NCBI RefSeq assembly: GCF_009914755.1
Contig: NC_060928.1
Origin: the human T2T-CHM13v2.0 reference genome, Homo sapiens
Reading direction: 5' to 3' (one strand)
DNA length: 64,000 nucleotides
Under the pieces are notes generated by a model, which saw nothing but the letters and a program-made list of their open reading frames with translations, did no database searches and was not told where the DNA came from. Both the position numbers and the translations under genes were made by a program. Each line of letters opens with the position of its first letter. Position 1 is the first letter of the stretch. Shown one piece after another: positions 1 through 12,247 of this stretch.

Positions 1-390
1 GGAAGTGAATAAAGAAATCTAGATGATACCAATAATATATAATAGATGGAAAAGAAAATTCTGTAAGAATATAGAGACTGGGTTTTTAAGGGGAGATTGC
101 AGCAGCACACAGACTATCAAAATGACAAATGAAAGGAAATCTATGCATCCCTCAGTTGGGATACAGACATTCCCTCATGTCAAATAGGATCATTTCCATT
201 TTAAATACCCAGCAGATTTTTGTTATTGATTTATTTGTTGTTTTAAAGCTGAACATTTTGGTTTATTAGGAAAGTTTAAAAAGTTATTTTTATGTAATCC
301 CTTTGTGTACATACTTAAAATTATCTTCAGCTTCCAGCCTCATTTTTAAAGGAAATTATTTTAATATGTTATCATCTTTAAACAGCTTCC

Positions 391-2495
391 TTTAAATTTT
401 TATTTTAGGTTCATGGGTACATGTGCATGTTTGTTACATAGGTAAACTGTGTGTTATGGGGACTTGGTGTACAAATTATTTAATCATCCAGATAATAAGC
501 ATAGTACCTGATAATAAGCATAGTTTTTTGACCCTCTCTTTCCCCAACTCTTACCCTCAGGTAGGCTCCAGTGTCTGCTTTTCCTCTTTTTGTGTTCATA
601 TGTACTCAATGTTTAGCTCCCACTTATAAGTGAAAACATATGGTATTTGGTTTTCTGTTCCTATGTTAGATGGCTTAGGATAACTCCATCCATGTTTCTG
701 GAAAGGACATGATCTTGTTAATTTTTACAGCTGTGTAGTATTCCAGGGTATATGTTTACCACATTTTCTTTGTCCTGTCTACTATTAATGGACATTTAGG
801 TTGATGTGTTTGCTATTATGGATAGTGCTGTGATGAATCACACTTGCATGTGTCTTTATGGTAGAATAATTTACATTCCTTTGGGCTTATACCCAAGAAG
901 AAGATTGCTGGGTCAAATGGTAATTCTGTTTTAAGTTCTTTGAGGAATCACCACACTGCTTTCCATGATGGCTGAAATAATTTACATTCCCACCAGCAGT
1001 GTATAAGCATTCCCTTTTCTCCACAATCTTGCCAGCATCTGTTATTTTTTGACTTCTTAGGAAGAGCCAATATGACTGGTGTGAAATGGTATCTCATTGT
1101 GGTTTTGATTTGCATTCCTGTAATGATTGGTGATGCTGAGCATTTTTTTTCATATGCTTGTTAGCCTTATGAATGTCTTCTTTTAAAAAATGTCTGTTTA
1201 TGTCATATGCCAACTTTTTAATGGCGTTAGTTGTTTTTTGCTTGTGAATTTGTTTCACTTCCGTATATATTCTGGATATTGGACCTTTGTTGGATGCATA
1301 GTTTGAAAATACTTTCTCCCATTCTGTATGTTGTTTGTTTACTCTGTTGATAGTTTTATTTTGTTGTGCAGAAACCATTTAGTTTAATTATGTACGATTT
1401 GTCAATTTTTGTTTTCACTGCAATTGCTTTTGGCATCTTCATCATAAAATCTTTGCAGGGTTCCTGTGTTCACAATGGTATTTCACAGTTATCTTCCAGG
1501 GTTTTTGATCATTTTAAGGTTAACATTTAAGTCTTTAATCCATCTTGAGTAGATTTTTGTATATGGTGTAATAAAGTGGTCCAGTTTCAATCTTCTGCAG
1601 ATAGCTCACCAATTGTCCCAATGACATTTATTGAATAGGAAATCCTTTCCTCATTGCTTGTTTTTTTTGCCAATTTTCTTGAAGATCAGATCATTGTAGG
1701 TGTATGGCATTATTTCTGATCTCTCTATTGTGTTTCATTGGTTTATTTGTCTGTTTTTTGCACCACTGCCATGCTGTATTGTTTTCTGTAGCCTTTTAGT
1801 ATAGTTTGAAGTCAGGTAACATGATGCCTTCTGCTTTGTTCTTTTTGCTTAGGATTGCCTTGGTTATCTTGATTCTATTTTGGTTCCATGTGAATTTTGA
1901 AAATTTTTTTTTCTAATTCTGTGAAGAATCTCATTGGAGGTTTCATACAAATAGCATTGAATCTGTAAATTGCTTTGGGCAGTGTGGCCATTTTAACAAT
2001 ATTGACTATTCCTATCTGTGAGGATGGAATGTTTCTCCATTTGTTTGTGTCATCTCTGATATCCTTGAGCAGTATTTGTAGTTCTTGTTGTAGAGATCTT
2101 TCACCTCCCTGGTTAGCTATATTTCTAGGTATTTTATCCTTTTTGTGGCTATTGTGAATGGAATTACATTCTTAATTTTGATCTCAGCATGGATGTTGAA
2201 GGTGTATAGAAATGCTACTGATTTTTGTACATTGATTTTGTATCCTAAAACTGCTAAAGCTGTTTATCATATCAGGGAGTTTTGAAACAGAGACTACGAG
2301 GTTTTCTAGTCATAGAATCATATTGTCTGCAAAAAGGTGATAGTTTGACTTCCTCTTTTCCTCTCTCTTTTTTTTTTATATCTCTTGTACTGGCTATGAT
2401 ATGGGTCTCTTGAAGACATTATAAGTATAGGATCTTGCTTCTTTATCCAACTTGCCTCTCAGTGCCTTTTAATTGAGGCACTTAACACGTTTACA
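391..2495 (-). mobile_element. L1 (L1PA13-16-like) 3'UTR + ORF2 remnant with a large internal deletion near 2360-2400
   Basis: T-rich tail at ~391, then reverse-complement L1 3'UTR (gggtacatgtgcatgtttgttacatagg). ORF 1094-1378(-) translates as L1 ORF2 C-terminal sequence ([15 protein letters not shown]). 2400-2495 matches the ORF2 endonuclease start in antisense. Confidence 0.9.
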
Positions 2496-2496
2496 A

Positions 2497-2602
2497 ATGA
2501 GGCATAACTAAAGAATAGAATTTTCAACCAATACTTTTATATCTAGCCAAGCTAAAATTCATAAGTGAAGGAGAAGGAAGATCCTTTTCAGGCAAGCAAA
2601 TG
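2497..2602 (+). mobile_element. Inverted L1 ORF1 fragment (5' inversion of the adjacent L1)
   Basis: aattttcaaccaatacttttatatctagccaagctaaaattcataagtgaaggagaaggaagatccttttcaggcaagcaaatg aligns by eye with the ORF1 3' region of the + strand L1 at ~62246-62330 in this window. Confidence 0.75.
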
Positions 2603-4381
2603 TGAAATAACTTTTTATAGGCTCAAAATACAACTGATTTTTCAAAAATGCTCTTTTGTCAAGAGGAAGTGTCTAGAGAACAGGAAAAGAACAAATCTCC
2701 AAAGAGTTATTTATTCCCAGATAGAAAAACAGAATTTCTCTGGGTCATTCAGATTAAATGGCACAGCTTCCCTTCTGAGCAGGCAACACCTGTCCTTTCA
2801 TTTCTATTGGATACCTGATGGTTGACAAGGGATTGACCTTCTTGGATGTCTGCCAACCAACTGGCAGACTTCTGACCCTCAGGTAACTCTGGCAGCTACA
2901 GCTTACACATTCTTACCTGAGAATAGATCGCTGGCTTTCCGTCAACTATGTGGACTCTCCTCTGTCCTCTTATCTGTGTAGTGTTAGTAGTTTGGCATTA
3001 CTCTTCACCTTGCAGTTTATCACTTCCTTTATCTTAGACCCTGGCTGGCATGATATTTGTACATGTACTGGCAGAGGTTGAAGGTCACAGTATACAATCT
3101 ATCAACTAAGGACATCTGATTAAATAATAATAATAATAATACCTGTGCAATAATCTGAGCAAAATGGAAAAATATTTAACTGAGGATGTGACCCTGTTAT
3201 ACTAAGAAAACACAGAGTGTGGAGTATCAATAACATGAGAGCAACCAGCAATGAGAGAAAAAGAATGGAGTGATTTATGCAAACAGAAGTTGCAAAAGCT
3301 TATTTGTCATCTTCTTTTTTCTTCTTGATAGTCATTTGCCTACATTAAGTAATCCCTTTCTAGCAAGTCTTCTTTTGTGACATTTCATTCTAATCCATGC
3401 TTTCCCAATCTCCATCTGCTTTATTATGGAGTTCCCTAAGACCGAATGTTCTAAGCTTGATCTACCTTTTTTTCATTCCATTTCTAATCACAGCCAATAT
3501 ATAAAATTCCAATAAATGTCCCCAATTATGTTACTTGAATGTTTCTTTACCAAAAGCTGAAAGATACTCAAAGTTCCTTTGAATACTATCTGGAAATTGT
3601 ACTTTATTTTGATTATAGGTTTCATATTTAGGTTTGAACGCTGTTACTGATCACCTTAGAAAATTTTGACTGTTTAATTATTTCATTGTCTAGGTTGTAT
3701 ATTTTCAGAGAAAATTTTAGTGCTATCTTACAAGTTTACATTAATTTTGGTATAAGAACATTTTTGCTATATGCATTTTCTTTGACTCCTAGTGGGTTTT
3801 GGTTTGTGGTTCTTATTATAAATATTTTTAATTATTAGCTTACTTTTCTATCATAATGCTGCAGATTTCTGATTCCACTTAAAAAAAGTGTTCATTCATT
3901 ATTACATGGCTCACATTTCTTCATGGAAACAATAAGCTAAGGCAAGAGTGACTGCCCACTTTAGACTCCTTGTATTCTATAGAATTCCCAGCACTATTAT
4001 TCTTCTAGTCAAAATCTAATTTATATTATCTCTCTGGAGCCCATATACTCTTGACAAGAAAAAGCATCTTAACTGAAAAGTTCCTAGAGCACAAAATGAT
4101 GTTGGAGTAACAATAGCAAGATATATAAAGACATTTGAAAAATTTTATTATATTTAATAAATAAATATTTTACCTGGACCCCTATAAATTGTTAATTAAA
4201 TTTCATTTCAAAATCCCAGCATTTTTATTGAATTGAATGTCTTCTTAATTACATGGTCTCTATTATCTAACACATGAGAATCTAAAATTATCTTATGTAA
4301 ATAAGAACTTAACAAAACCCGTGTAATTATCATTTTTTAAATTATCATTTTTATGTTATTACCTCCTGTGTGCATTATTAT

Positions 4382-4682
4382 TATTTTTTTGGGGGGGCGG
4401 GAAGCGTCTCTCTCTCTCTGTCACCAGGCTAGAGTGCAGGGGCCTGATCTCGGCTCACGGCAACTTCTGCCTCCTGAGTTCCAGCAATTCTCTTGCCTCA
4501 GCCTCCTGAGTAGTTGGGATTACAGGTGTGTGCCACCACACTCGGCTAATATTTGTATTTTTAGTAGAGATGGGGTTTCACAATATTGGTGAGGCTGGTC
4601 TTGAAATCCTGACCTAAAGTGATCCTCCTGCCTTGGCCTCCCACAGTGCTGGAATTACAAGCATGAGCCACCGCCCTTGGCC
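4382..4682 (-). mobile_element. Alu (AluS-like)
   Basis: Two-arm Alu in antisense; TSD gtgcattattat (4370-4381) / gtgtattattat (4683-4694). Confidence 0.95.
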
Positions 4683-5112
4683 GTGTATTATTATCATAAG
4701 AGATAACAAATAGGTTTTTGAAGTTTACTGATATTTGAGTGTAAAATTAAGACTGACAGTAGAATGTCTTCATTTTTATTTGTTATATTTTTAAATGAAT
4801 AAGAGCATCAGTTCTCTATGACCCAATGAAATAAAATTGGTAAAAAGATATAAATCAGCACATGTTCAAATTCAAAATTATTGCATCTCCTAAACCTTTG
4901 AATGTGAACTCACAAATATCTTATGGACAGGCTTACAGTAATTTATACGTGGAATTTGCAGCTTCTCCATTTCAACATTTTTCTTTATCAAATGAGTACT
5001 TAAATTCAGAAATATTATGTAATTTTCTAAGGTCACATGGCTGAAAGAGTCAGATTTGCTGATTCTTAGTCCATCAGAAGACATTATTTTTTATCCTTAA
5101 AAGTATGAGTGA

Positions 5113-5442
5113 GGCTGGGAGTGGTGGTTTATGCCTATAATCCTGGCACTTTTGGAGGATGAGGTGGTTGGACAGCTTGAGCCCAGGAGTTGAAGACCAG
5201 CCTGGGCAATATGACAAAACTCCATCTCTACAAAAACAAACAAACAAACAAAACAAAACAAAAAGAACACTACAAAAATTAGCCAGCCATGGTGGCATGT
5301 GGCATGTGCCTGAGGTCCCAGCTACTTGGGAGGCATAGGTTGGAGGATTGCTTGAGCCCAAGAGATTGAGGCTGCAGTGGGTCATGATTGTGTCACTACA
5401 CCCCAGCCTGGGCAACAGAGCGAGACCCTATCTCAAAAAAAA
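5113..5442 (+). mobile_element. Alu (AluJ-like) with expanded middle A-rich linker
   Basis: ggctgggagtggtgg start; ttgagcccaggagtt and gctgcagtg AluJ diagnostics; TSD aaaagtatgagtga / aaaagcatgaatga. Confidence 0.95.
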
Positions 5443-6644
5443 GCATGAATGAATTAATGTTTCCTAATTGATTTCAAATATAATAACCAATACATAAATA
5501 GACTAATAACCCAAATACTTTTTTATTTTTCAAACAGCTTTAAAGATGTTACAAATGAATTTGGAAAACCAATAAAAATATCCTGATATTGTAGATAGCA
5601 TCATTTCTTATTAAATTATCCATCGTTGATGTGATATTGACCATGAATCAACAACAATTGTTGTTATGGGTCATTGAATAATAATAGCCAGTTGTATTTA
5701 TTAATTCAGGTTATAACTTTAAGGATAGACAATTTCATAGAAAAAAGTTTTAATTAAGCCGATGTTTTCTAAGGTTTTTTGCTATGCATGAAGAACAAAA
5801 TGTTTTGATGATTTGTGAGAATTCTTAGGATAAAGATTGTGAGGAACACATCCATATGGGTGCATAAGTACTGCAATTAGTCAACACAACTCTTTATTCT
5901 GTTTCATAATACAAGTTATTTGTTAGTTGTAATTGGAATTAGTTAACAAAAATGTAAATCATCAGAAATTGAATGGGTATGCTGATTGTTGTGTCTTCTT
6001 TTATACTTGCCATGTAAGTGTAATCTTCCTTTCATCAGTGTTATAAAGCTGTTGTTTATTTTATTTTTATTTTATTATTTTTTTCCTTAACACAAGCCAC
6101 ACCAATTTAAACCTGTTTCAAACTAGAAAGAAATTTATTTAAAAATTACATCTATCAAGTAGAGTTATGATTTAACTTCTAGTTTTCTCTACACATCTTA
6201 AGAGTCATTATGTCTTACTATGTGTACTGCCTGGGAAGATTAAGACAGTGACTTGCACATGTTGGGTACTCAATAAATATCCATTGAATTGCTCAGATAG
6301 CAAGAGGAACATGAGCTGCACTTCAGCAGTAACATACTAACTATCCTAGTTGATCATTCCTGAGGTATGAATACAGAAGTTGTGCTCCTTCATAGAGGCT
6401 ATAAATTTAATTCTGCAGTTCAGGAGAGTTTATTTCAACAGCTTCTTCATTATTTTAAATTATGCTAACACAAATAGCCCAACTTCTCAGGCTTAGCAAA
6501 AACCACTAAAATGTATTATGAAATTGTTTCTAGAATAATCTAAGGCTATATCCAATTATAAATATATCTGGAGATTTATGGGGAAGAGTTTAAATCTATA
6601 CACTAGAACATATTTAAATAAGAGTAAATCATTGAGCACTGGTT

Positions 6645-7500
6645 TAATTTTTCTTTATAAACATTTTAGAATTAAAATGTAATACAGAAAAATTCATAAT
6701 CACAAATGAATATATTGATGAATTACTACAAAATGAACACAATAATCATGAATCATCACCCACACCTGGAAATCAGCATTTCCAATATCCTATAAGCTGC
6801 TCTGTTGCCTTTTCCCAATCACTGTCTTCTCCTCAGAATCTTTATCCTGATTTAAAAATGTCTACATTAGTTGTATCTCTTTTTAAACTCTGCATAAATT
6901 CAATCTTTTCTGTCTAGCTTCTTTCTTTCAATATTATGTTGGTGAGATTGATTATGCCATTACATTATAGCTGTATTTCATTCATTTTCATGCTGTACAT
7001 TATTTCATTGTGCAAATGTACCAGAAGTTAATTTTAATCATGCTGTTGTCAAATATTTGGATTGTTTCTGTGTTTGAGGACATTGGCAATACAGGTGCCC
7101 CTCTATGTGTGATGGAGTTATATCTCAATAAACCTATCATAACAATGGATTTATATAGATGTCTGAGGAGGTACCAAATGCCTATCTCTTTTGCACTATT
7201 ATAAAGTCAAACAATTGTAAGTCAATGACTGTGTTGTAATGCTGCTATAAGCATTCTTGAAAGTGTTATTTGGCAGATATCTACACATTCTTATTGGGTT
7301 TATACCTAGGAGTATAATTTCTGGAACATACACTATGCATAGGATCAACTTTAATATCCACTGCCCGTGAATTCTCCCAAGCATTGGTTTCAACTATCAC
7401 TCCCACCAGAATTGTATAAAACTTCTAATTGCTCCACATCCTCAGCAGCACATGGTATTATCAGTTTTTAAAGTGGCGTCATTTGTGTGGTCAGCATAAG
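6645..7500 (-). mobile_element. Ancient L1 (L1MD/L1ME-like) 3' remnant, interrupted by a Tigger-family MITE
   Basis: Degenerate antisense L1M 3' motifs (tgtctagcttctttctttcaatattatgttggtgagatt; gggtttatacctaggagtataatttctgg). Confidence 0.7.
7092..7232 (+). mobile_element. MER47/Tigger5-type DNA transposon remnant, internally deleted
   Basis: TA then caggtgcccctct...gatggagttatatctcaataaacctatcataa resembles the MER47 5' end; atgcctatctcttttgcactattataaagtcaaacaattgtaagtc resembles its 3' end. Confidence 0.65.
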
Positions 7501-7523
7501 GGTATGTTATTATACAAGCACTG

Positions 7524-7795
<272 letters not shown>

Positions 7796-8003
7796 TCACT
7801 GGTGTTTTTATCAGAATAGTTAGCACATTTCTGCCTCTCTTCAGGTGCAAGAGATGCTCTGTTCATGTAGCTTAATCCATTCTTGTAGTGTATGGATTAG
7901 AGACCATTTCTTATTTTTAAGAGCATACTAAAACATTTTCTAAGAAAATTTGGAAAGTGTGTAGAACAATATTTCAAAAGCATTCCCCACTTAAAAGAAA
8001 TAA

Positions 8004-8350
<347 letters not shown>

Positions 8351-10291
8351 ATATCCTTGAGTCCACTTCAAAGACTTGAATGGTAATGGTCCAGTAAGGG
8401 AACACTAACACCAGGGATTGACTGGAAAGAAAGAATCAAGCTTACTGGAATTCATGCAAATTAGAGACCAAAAAAAAAAAAAAAAAAAAAGAAAAGAGAG
8501 AATCCATCTAAGGATTAAAGATACTATCAGGAAAAACATGTGTAAGTAAATAAGGGCTTATCTGAGAAATAAGGCAGTAAAGACTAAGAAAGAATACTGA
8601 GAAACTAAATACTTAGAACCCAAGACAGGACTGTGGTATCCAAGAGTGGGAGTAATAAAATATTTTTTTAAATTTGACCCTGAACTAACTACCATTAAAA
8701 CAGTTTCATCTTTAAGTATGAGAGTGAAAATTTTGACAAGTATCTTCATCTTACTAAAGTTGAGGGAGCTAAGCAATGAGTTTGGCAAACTTTGACAATA
8801 GGTATTTTCAGTCACTAATCAAAATGGAAAGAATAGCCATGTTGTGGATACACACTTATTTAGAAATAAGCAATGATTTCATCATCAAGGCTAGAATTCC
8901 ATTGCGTTTGCAGTTTTATAGAATCCTAATTTTCCAGCCAAGCTCATTACTATTCTCTATCAAATGAATGAGACAATTAGAAGGTTTAACTTTGCAGAAA
9001 GCCAAACTCTCAGCAAAGCTCCATTTTAAATATATTGACTTGCCCTTGAAAGTTTTCTAGTAACATAGAGAATGCTGTCTCATTCACAGGAATTATAGCA
9101 GTGAATGATTTTTAATAGGCAATAACAAAGTAAATAGTAGAAGGTAAGAAAGTGCTTTATTCCACATTCACTAACATGTCCGCTGGGGTAAATTAGAAAT
9201 TCTTTTATAGCAAGATTTCTGCTTCAGAACATAGAACAAAACTGAATGCTTATGTTTCAAAAGATTTCTACAGCATCTCCCCTGTCAGTTCTTAAAAGCC
9301 CCCTTCAGAAACTGAAGGAGAATTTTAAAATCTGGTAGATTTACATCTATATTTTTATTTTAATCTTTTGAATATTATCTCTGCATAAAGAAAATGAAAA
9401 AAACTAGAGCATTTTTATGCTCTGGATAAAAAAGCCTATCCTTATGTCTAAAGAAAACAATTTCATTTATGGCCAGCAGTCACATTTATGCAATAGTTTA
9501 AAATATTAAAATGATAACATAGATTAAAAATATATTTCCTTAAAGTTTTATGGCGTCCTGTAGTCATATTATACCAAACTTTATATTACATCATTATATC
9601 TTATATTTAGAACATCAATGATTTGAAAATTTCACGGTTATTTATCTATATAATTTCTATTTTAAGTAATAACATTATATATAAACACACATATATATTT
9701 ATGTATATATTTCACATATATCTCTTAAAAATGATAAAAAGTGATGGCTAATTTAGGCATTACAAATAGTTGTTTTGTATTTCCCCTATACATAGGTAGA
9801 TTTTGTTTACACTGTGACAGAAAACCCAATATAGATGTTTACTTTTCTTCTATGTAAAAGCCTGAGTGAATAGTTCAGAGCCCATATGTTGCTCTACATT
9901 GTCAGGGACTTAGGTATTTTCGGTGTCATTTCTCCCTTGTGTGCCCTCTCCATCCCCAGGTGGCCTGAAATGGCTTCTCTAGCTCCATTTACTAAAATTC
10001 CTATTGATGTTGACAGGAACACAAAACAGAAGAAAAGTACGCTCTTGCCTTTAAAGACGCTTCCTAGAGTTTACACTCACAGCTTCCATGGACATTTCTT
10101 TTGTCACATTTTAAACTTGTGATCATGTCCTGAAAAAGAAGCTAGAAAATACAATCTTTATTCAGAGCGACTGTATGTTCAGGTCAGTGTGCTATTATTA
10201 TGAAGGAGACGATTTATGAGGATTGTGGTTATTGAGGAATGTTTTGCAGTCTATGTCACAACCTACTTTAAATGGTAGAAATGGTAGTGAA

Positions 10292-10313
10292 TCTCTCTCT
10301 CTCTGTCCCCCTC

Positions 10314-10344
<31 letters not shown>

Positions 10345-10405
10345 AATATTGTACTAGGAGCATGTAAGTAAGTAAGTAAGTAAATAAATAAATAAATAAA
10401 TAAAT
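10292..10405. repeat. Microsatellite cluster (TC)n, (CA)n, (TAAG)n-(TAAA)n
   Basis: Directly visible simple repeats. Confidence 0.9.
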
Positions 10406-10407
10406 GA

Positions 10408-10715
10408 GGCTGGGAGAATTAGCTCACACCTGTAATAATCCCAACACTTCGGGAGGCTGAGGTGAGAAGACCACCTGAGATTTGAGACTAGCCCAGTCAA
10501 CATAGCAAAGCCCTGCCTCTACAAAAATTTGAAAATTATCCAGGTGTGCTGGCACGTGTGTGTAGTCCCAGCAACTCCGGAGGATGAGGCAGGAGGATCC
10601 CTTTAGCCCAGGAGTGCGAGGTTGCAGTGATCTCTGATCATGGCACTATATTTCAGCCTGGGTGACTAAGTGAGACTCATTCTCTAAAAAATAAATACAT
10701 ACATACATACATAAA
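10408..10715 (+). mobile_element. Alu (AluJ-like) with (TACA)n tail
   Basis: Diverged two-arm Alu (ggctgggag...cctgtaataatcccaacacttcgggaggctgagg). Confidence 0.9.
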
Positions 10716-11329
10716 TAACTTAAAAACAATAATTAGATAGAAAGTGTTTTTGATATAAATAATTTGCAATCACAATTTTGAGGCACTAAAAGTATTCTTA
10801 TTTTATACATTAAATATTGTCAAGTAATAAGATAGCATAAAATCTTAGGCTAAAGAGAAAAATAAATATTGTTCTATTGTTAAGTTACTGAAGTTACTAA
10901 ATTAGAAGAATGATGCTTAAATTGATTTTGTTATAAAATTTACTTTTGTACATGCACTTGGTGAAAAAAGCAACACTAGATTTTTTTTTTAAAAAAGCAC
11001 TATTAATCCTTTTAAGTCAATGTTTAGAAAATACAAACCTAGTGACATTTAAATGGCACTCTGGAGTCTAAAACTGTTTCAATGTCATTTTCAATGTTGA
11101 AATCAGCTTCAGATGAAGATGTAACTTTTAAGAGTCATTTGGGTATTATAATGAGAAAAAAACAATTAAGAAAAGCTGTATAAAATCCTCTAAACCAAAC
11201 ACATAAGAGGAATGGAAGAAGAGGAGAGACTATTATTGTTTTTCAACATAAAATTTGATATCAAAGCCAAACATAATTTTCTTGCAAAATTTGATCCGGA
11301 ATTTACAGTTATGTGAATTTAAGCACAGA

Positions 11330-11770
11330 CATAGTTACCAGGATGCTCTTTATAGCACTGTTTCAATATATTAAAACATTTACAGCAATAGAAAAGATTA
11401 CTAACAGGAAATTGGTTGAATAAGTTATAGCACTCTTGAAAATGAATTCTTAATCATAAAAATAAAGCTGTTAATATACATTTGTTGGTATAAAAATATA
11501 TTTAGGCTATAATACTATGTGAGTTAAAAAATATAAAATACTATATGCAATATAACCTAAATTTTGCTATACATTTGCAATACATTTCATATATATCCTT
11601 ATGGATATGTTAACGTTTATACAATAAAGTATTAACATATCCATAAGGATATATATCAAATGTTAACAGTGATTATCTCTTATGATAGAATTTTGACAAT
11701 CAAGATATTCCATTCTTTCAACATTGAATGTGTATTTCCACATGAATGTATATTATCCAAAAATTATTAC
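11330..11770 (+). mobile_element. Ancient L1ME/L1MC 3' end remnant
   Basis: Degenerate motifs ggatgctctttatagcactgttt, ggaaattggttgaataagttatagcac, atatatcaaatgttaacagtgattatctct. Confidence 0.55.
11582..11663. repeat. Near-perfect 82-bp palindrome
   Basis: 25-bp perfect arms at 11589-11613 and 11632-11656, extending to 32 bp with one mismatch; the spacer also pairs (tttat/ataaa). Confidence 0.95.
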
Positions 11771-12247
11771 AAAAATCACAAGTTATAAAATAATACAATA
11801 AGGTAGCTCGATGAAGTAGGCACTACTTAATATATGTAACTAAGTAAAAGGAAAAGTTTATACCAATATACATGTATGAAGTTTTGTAGGTAAAAATAAT
11901 GAAATGTGCATTATGATACAATCTAAAGTATATACATCAAACATTATCAGTGGTTAATTTTGGGATTAAGGGCTTTGGATGATGTTTCTAATAAACTAAA
12001 AGCTGTGTTTTTGAAAACTATAGTCAAATTATTAAGCATTACTTTATGAACTTCAAGTTCTATGACCTCTACAGAGTTTCTACTAAAATAAAAAGTAGAC
12101 ACTTTGCATGCTCTTTCTTGTTCTTAACATTTGCTCTCATATTAGATTACAGGAGCCTAAAAAGCTATTTATACCCACAAAATTCTCTAACGGATGACAG
12201 AAAAAAAATCTATGTAACTTACATTCTATATACTTGAATTTAATAAT

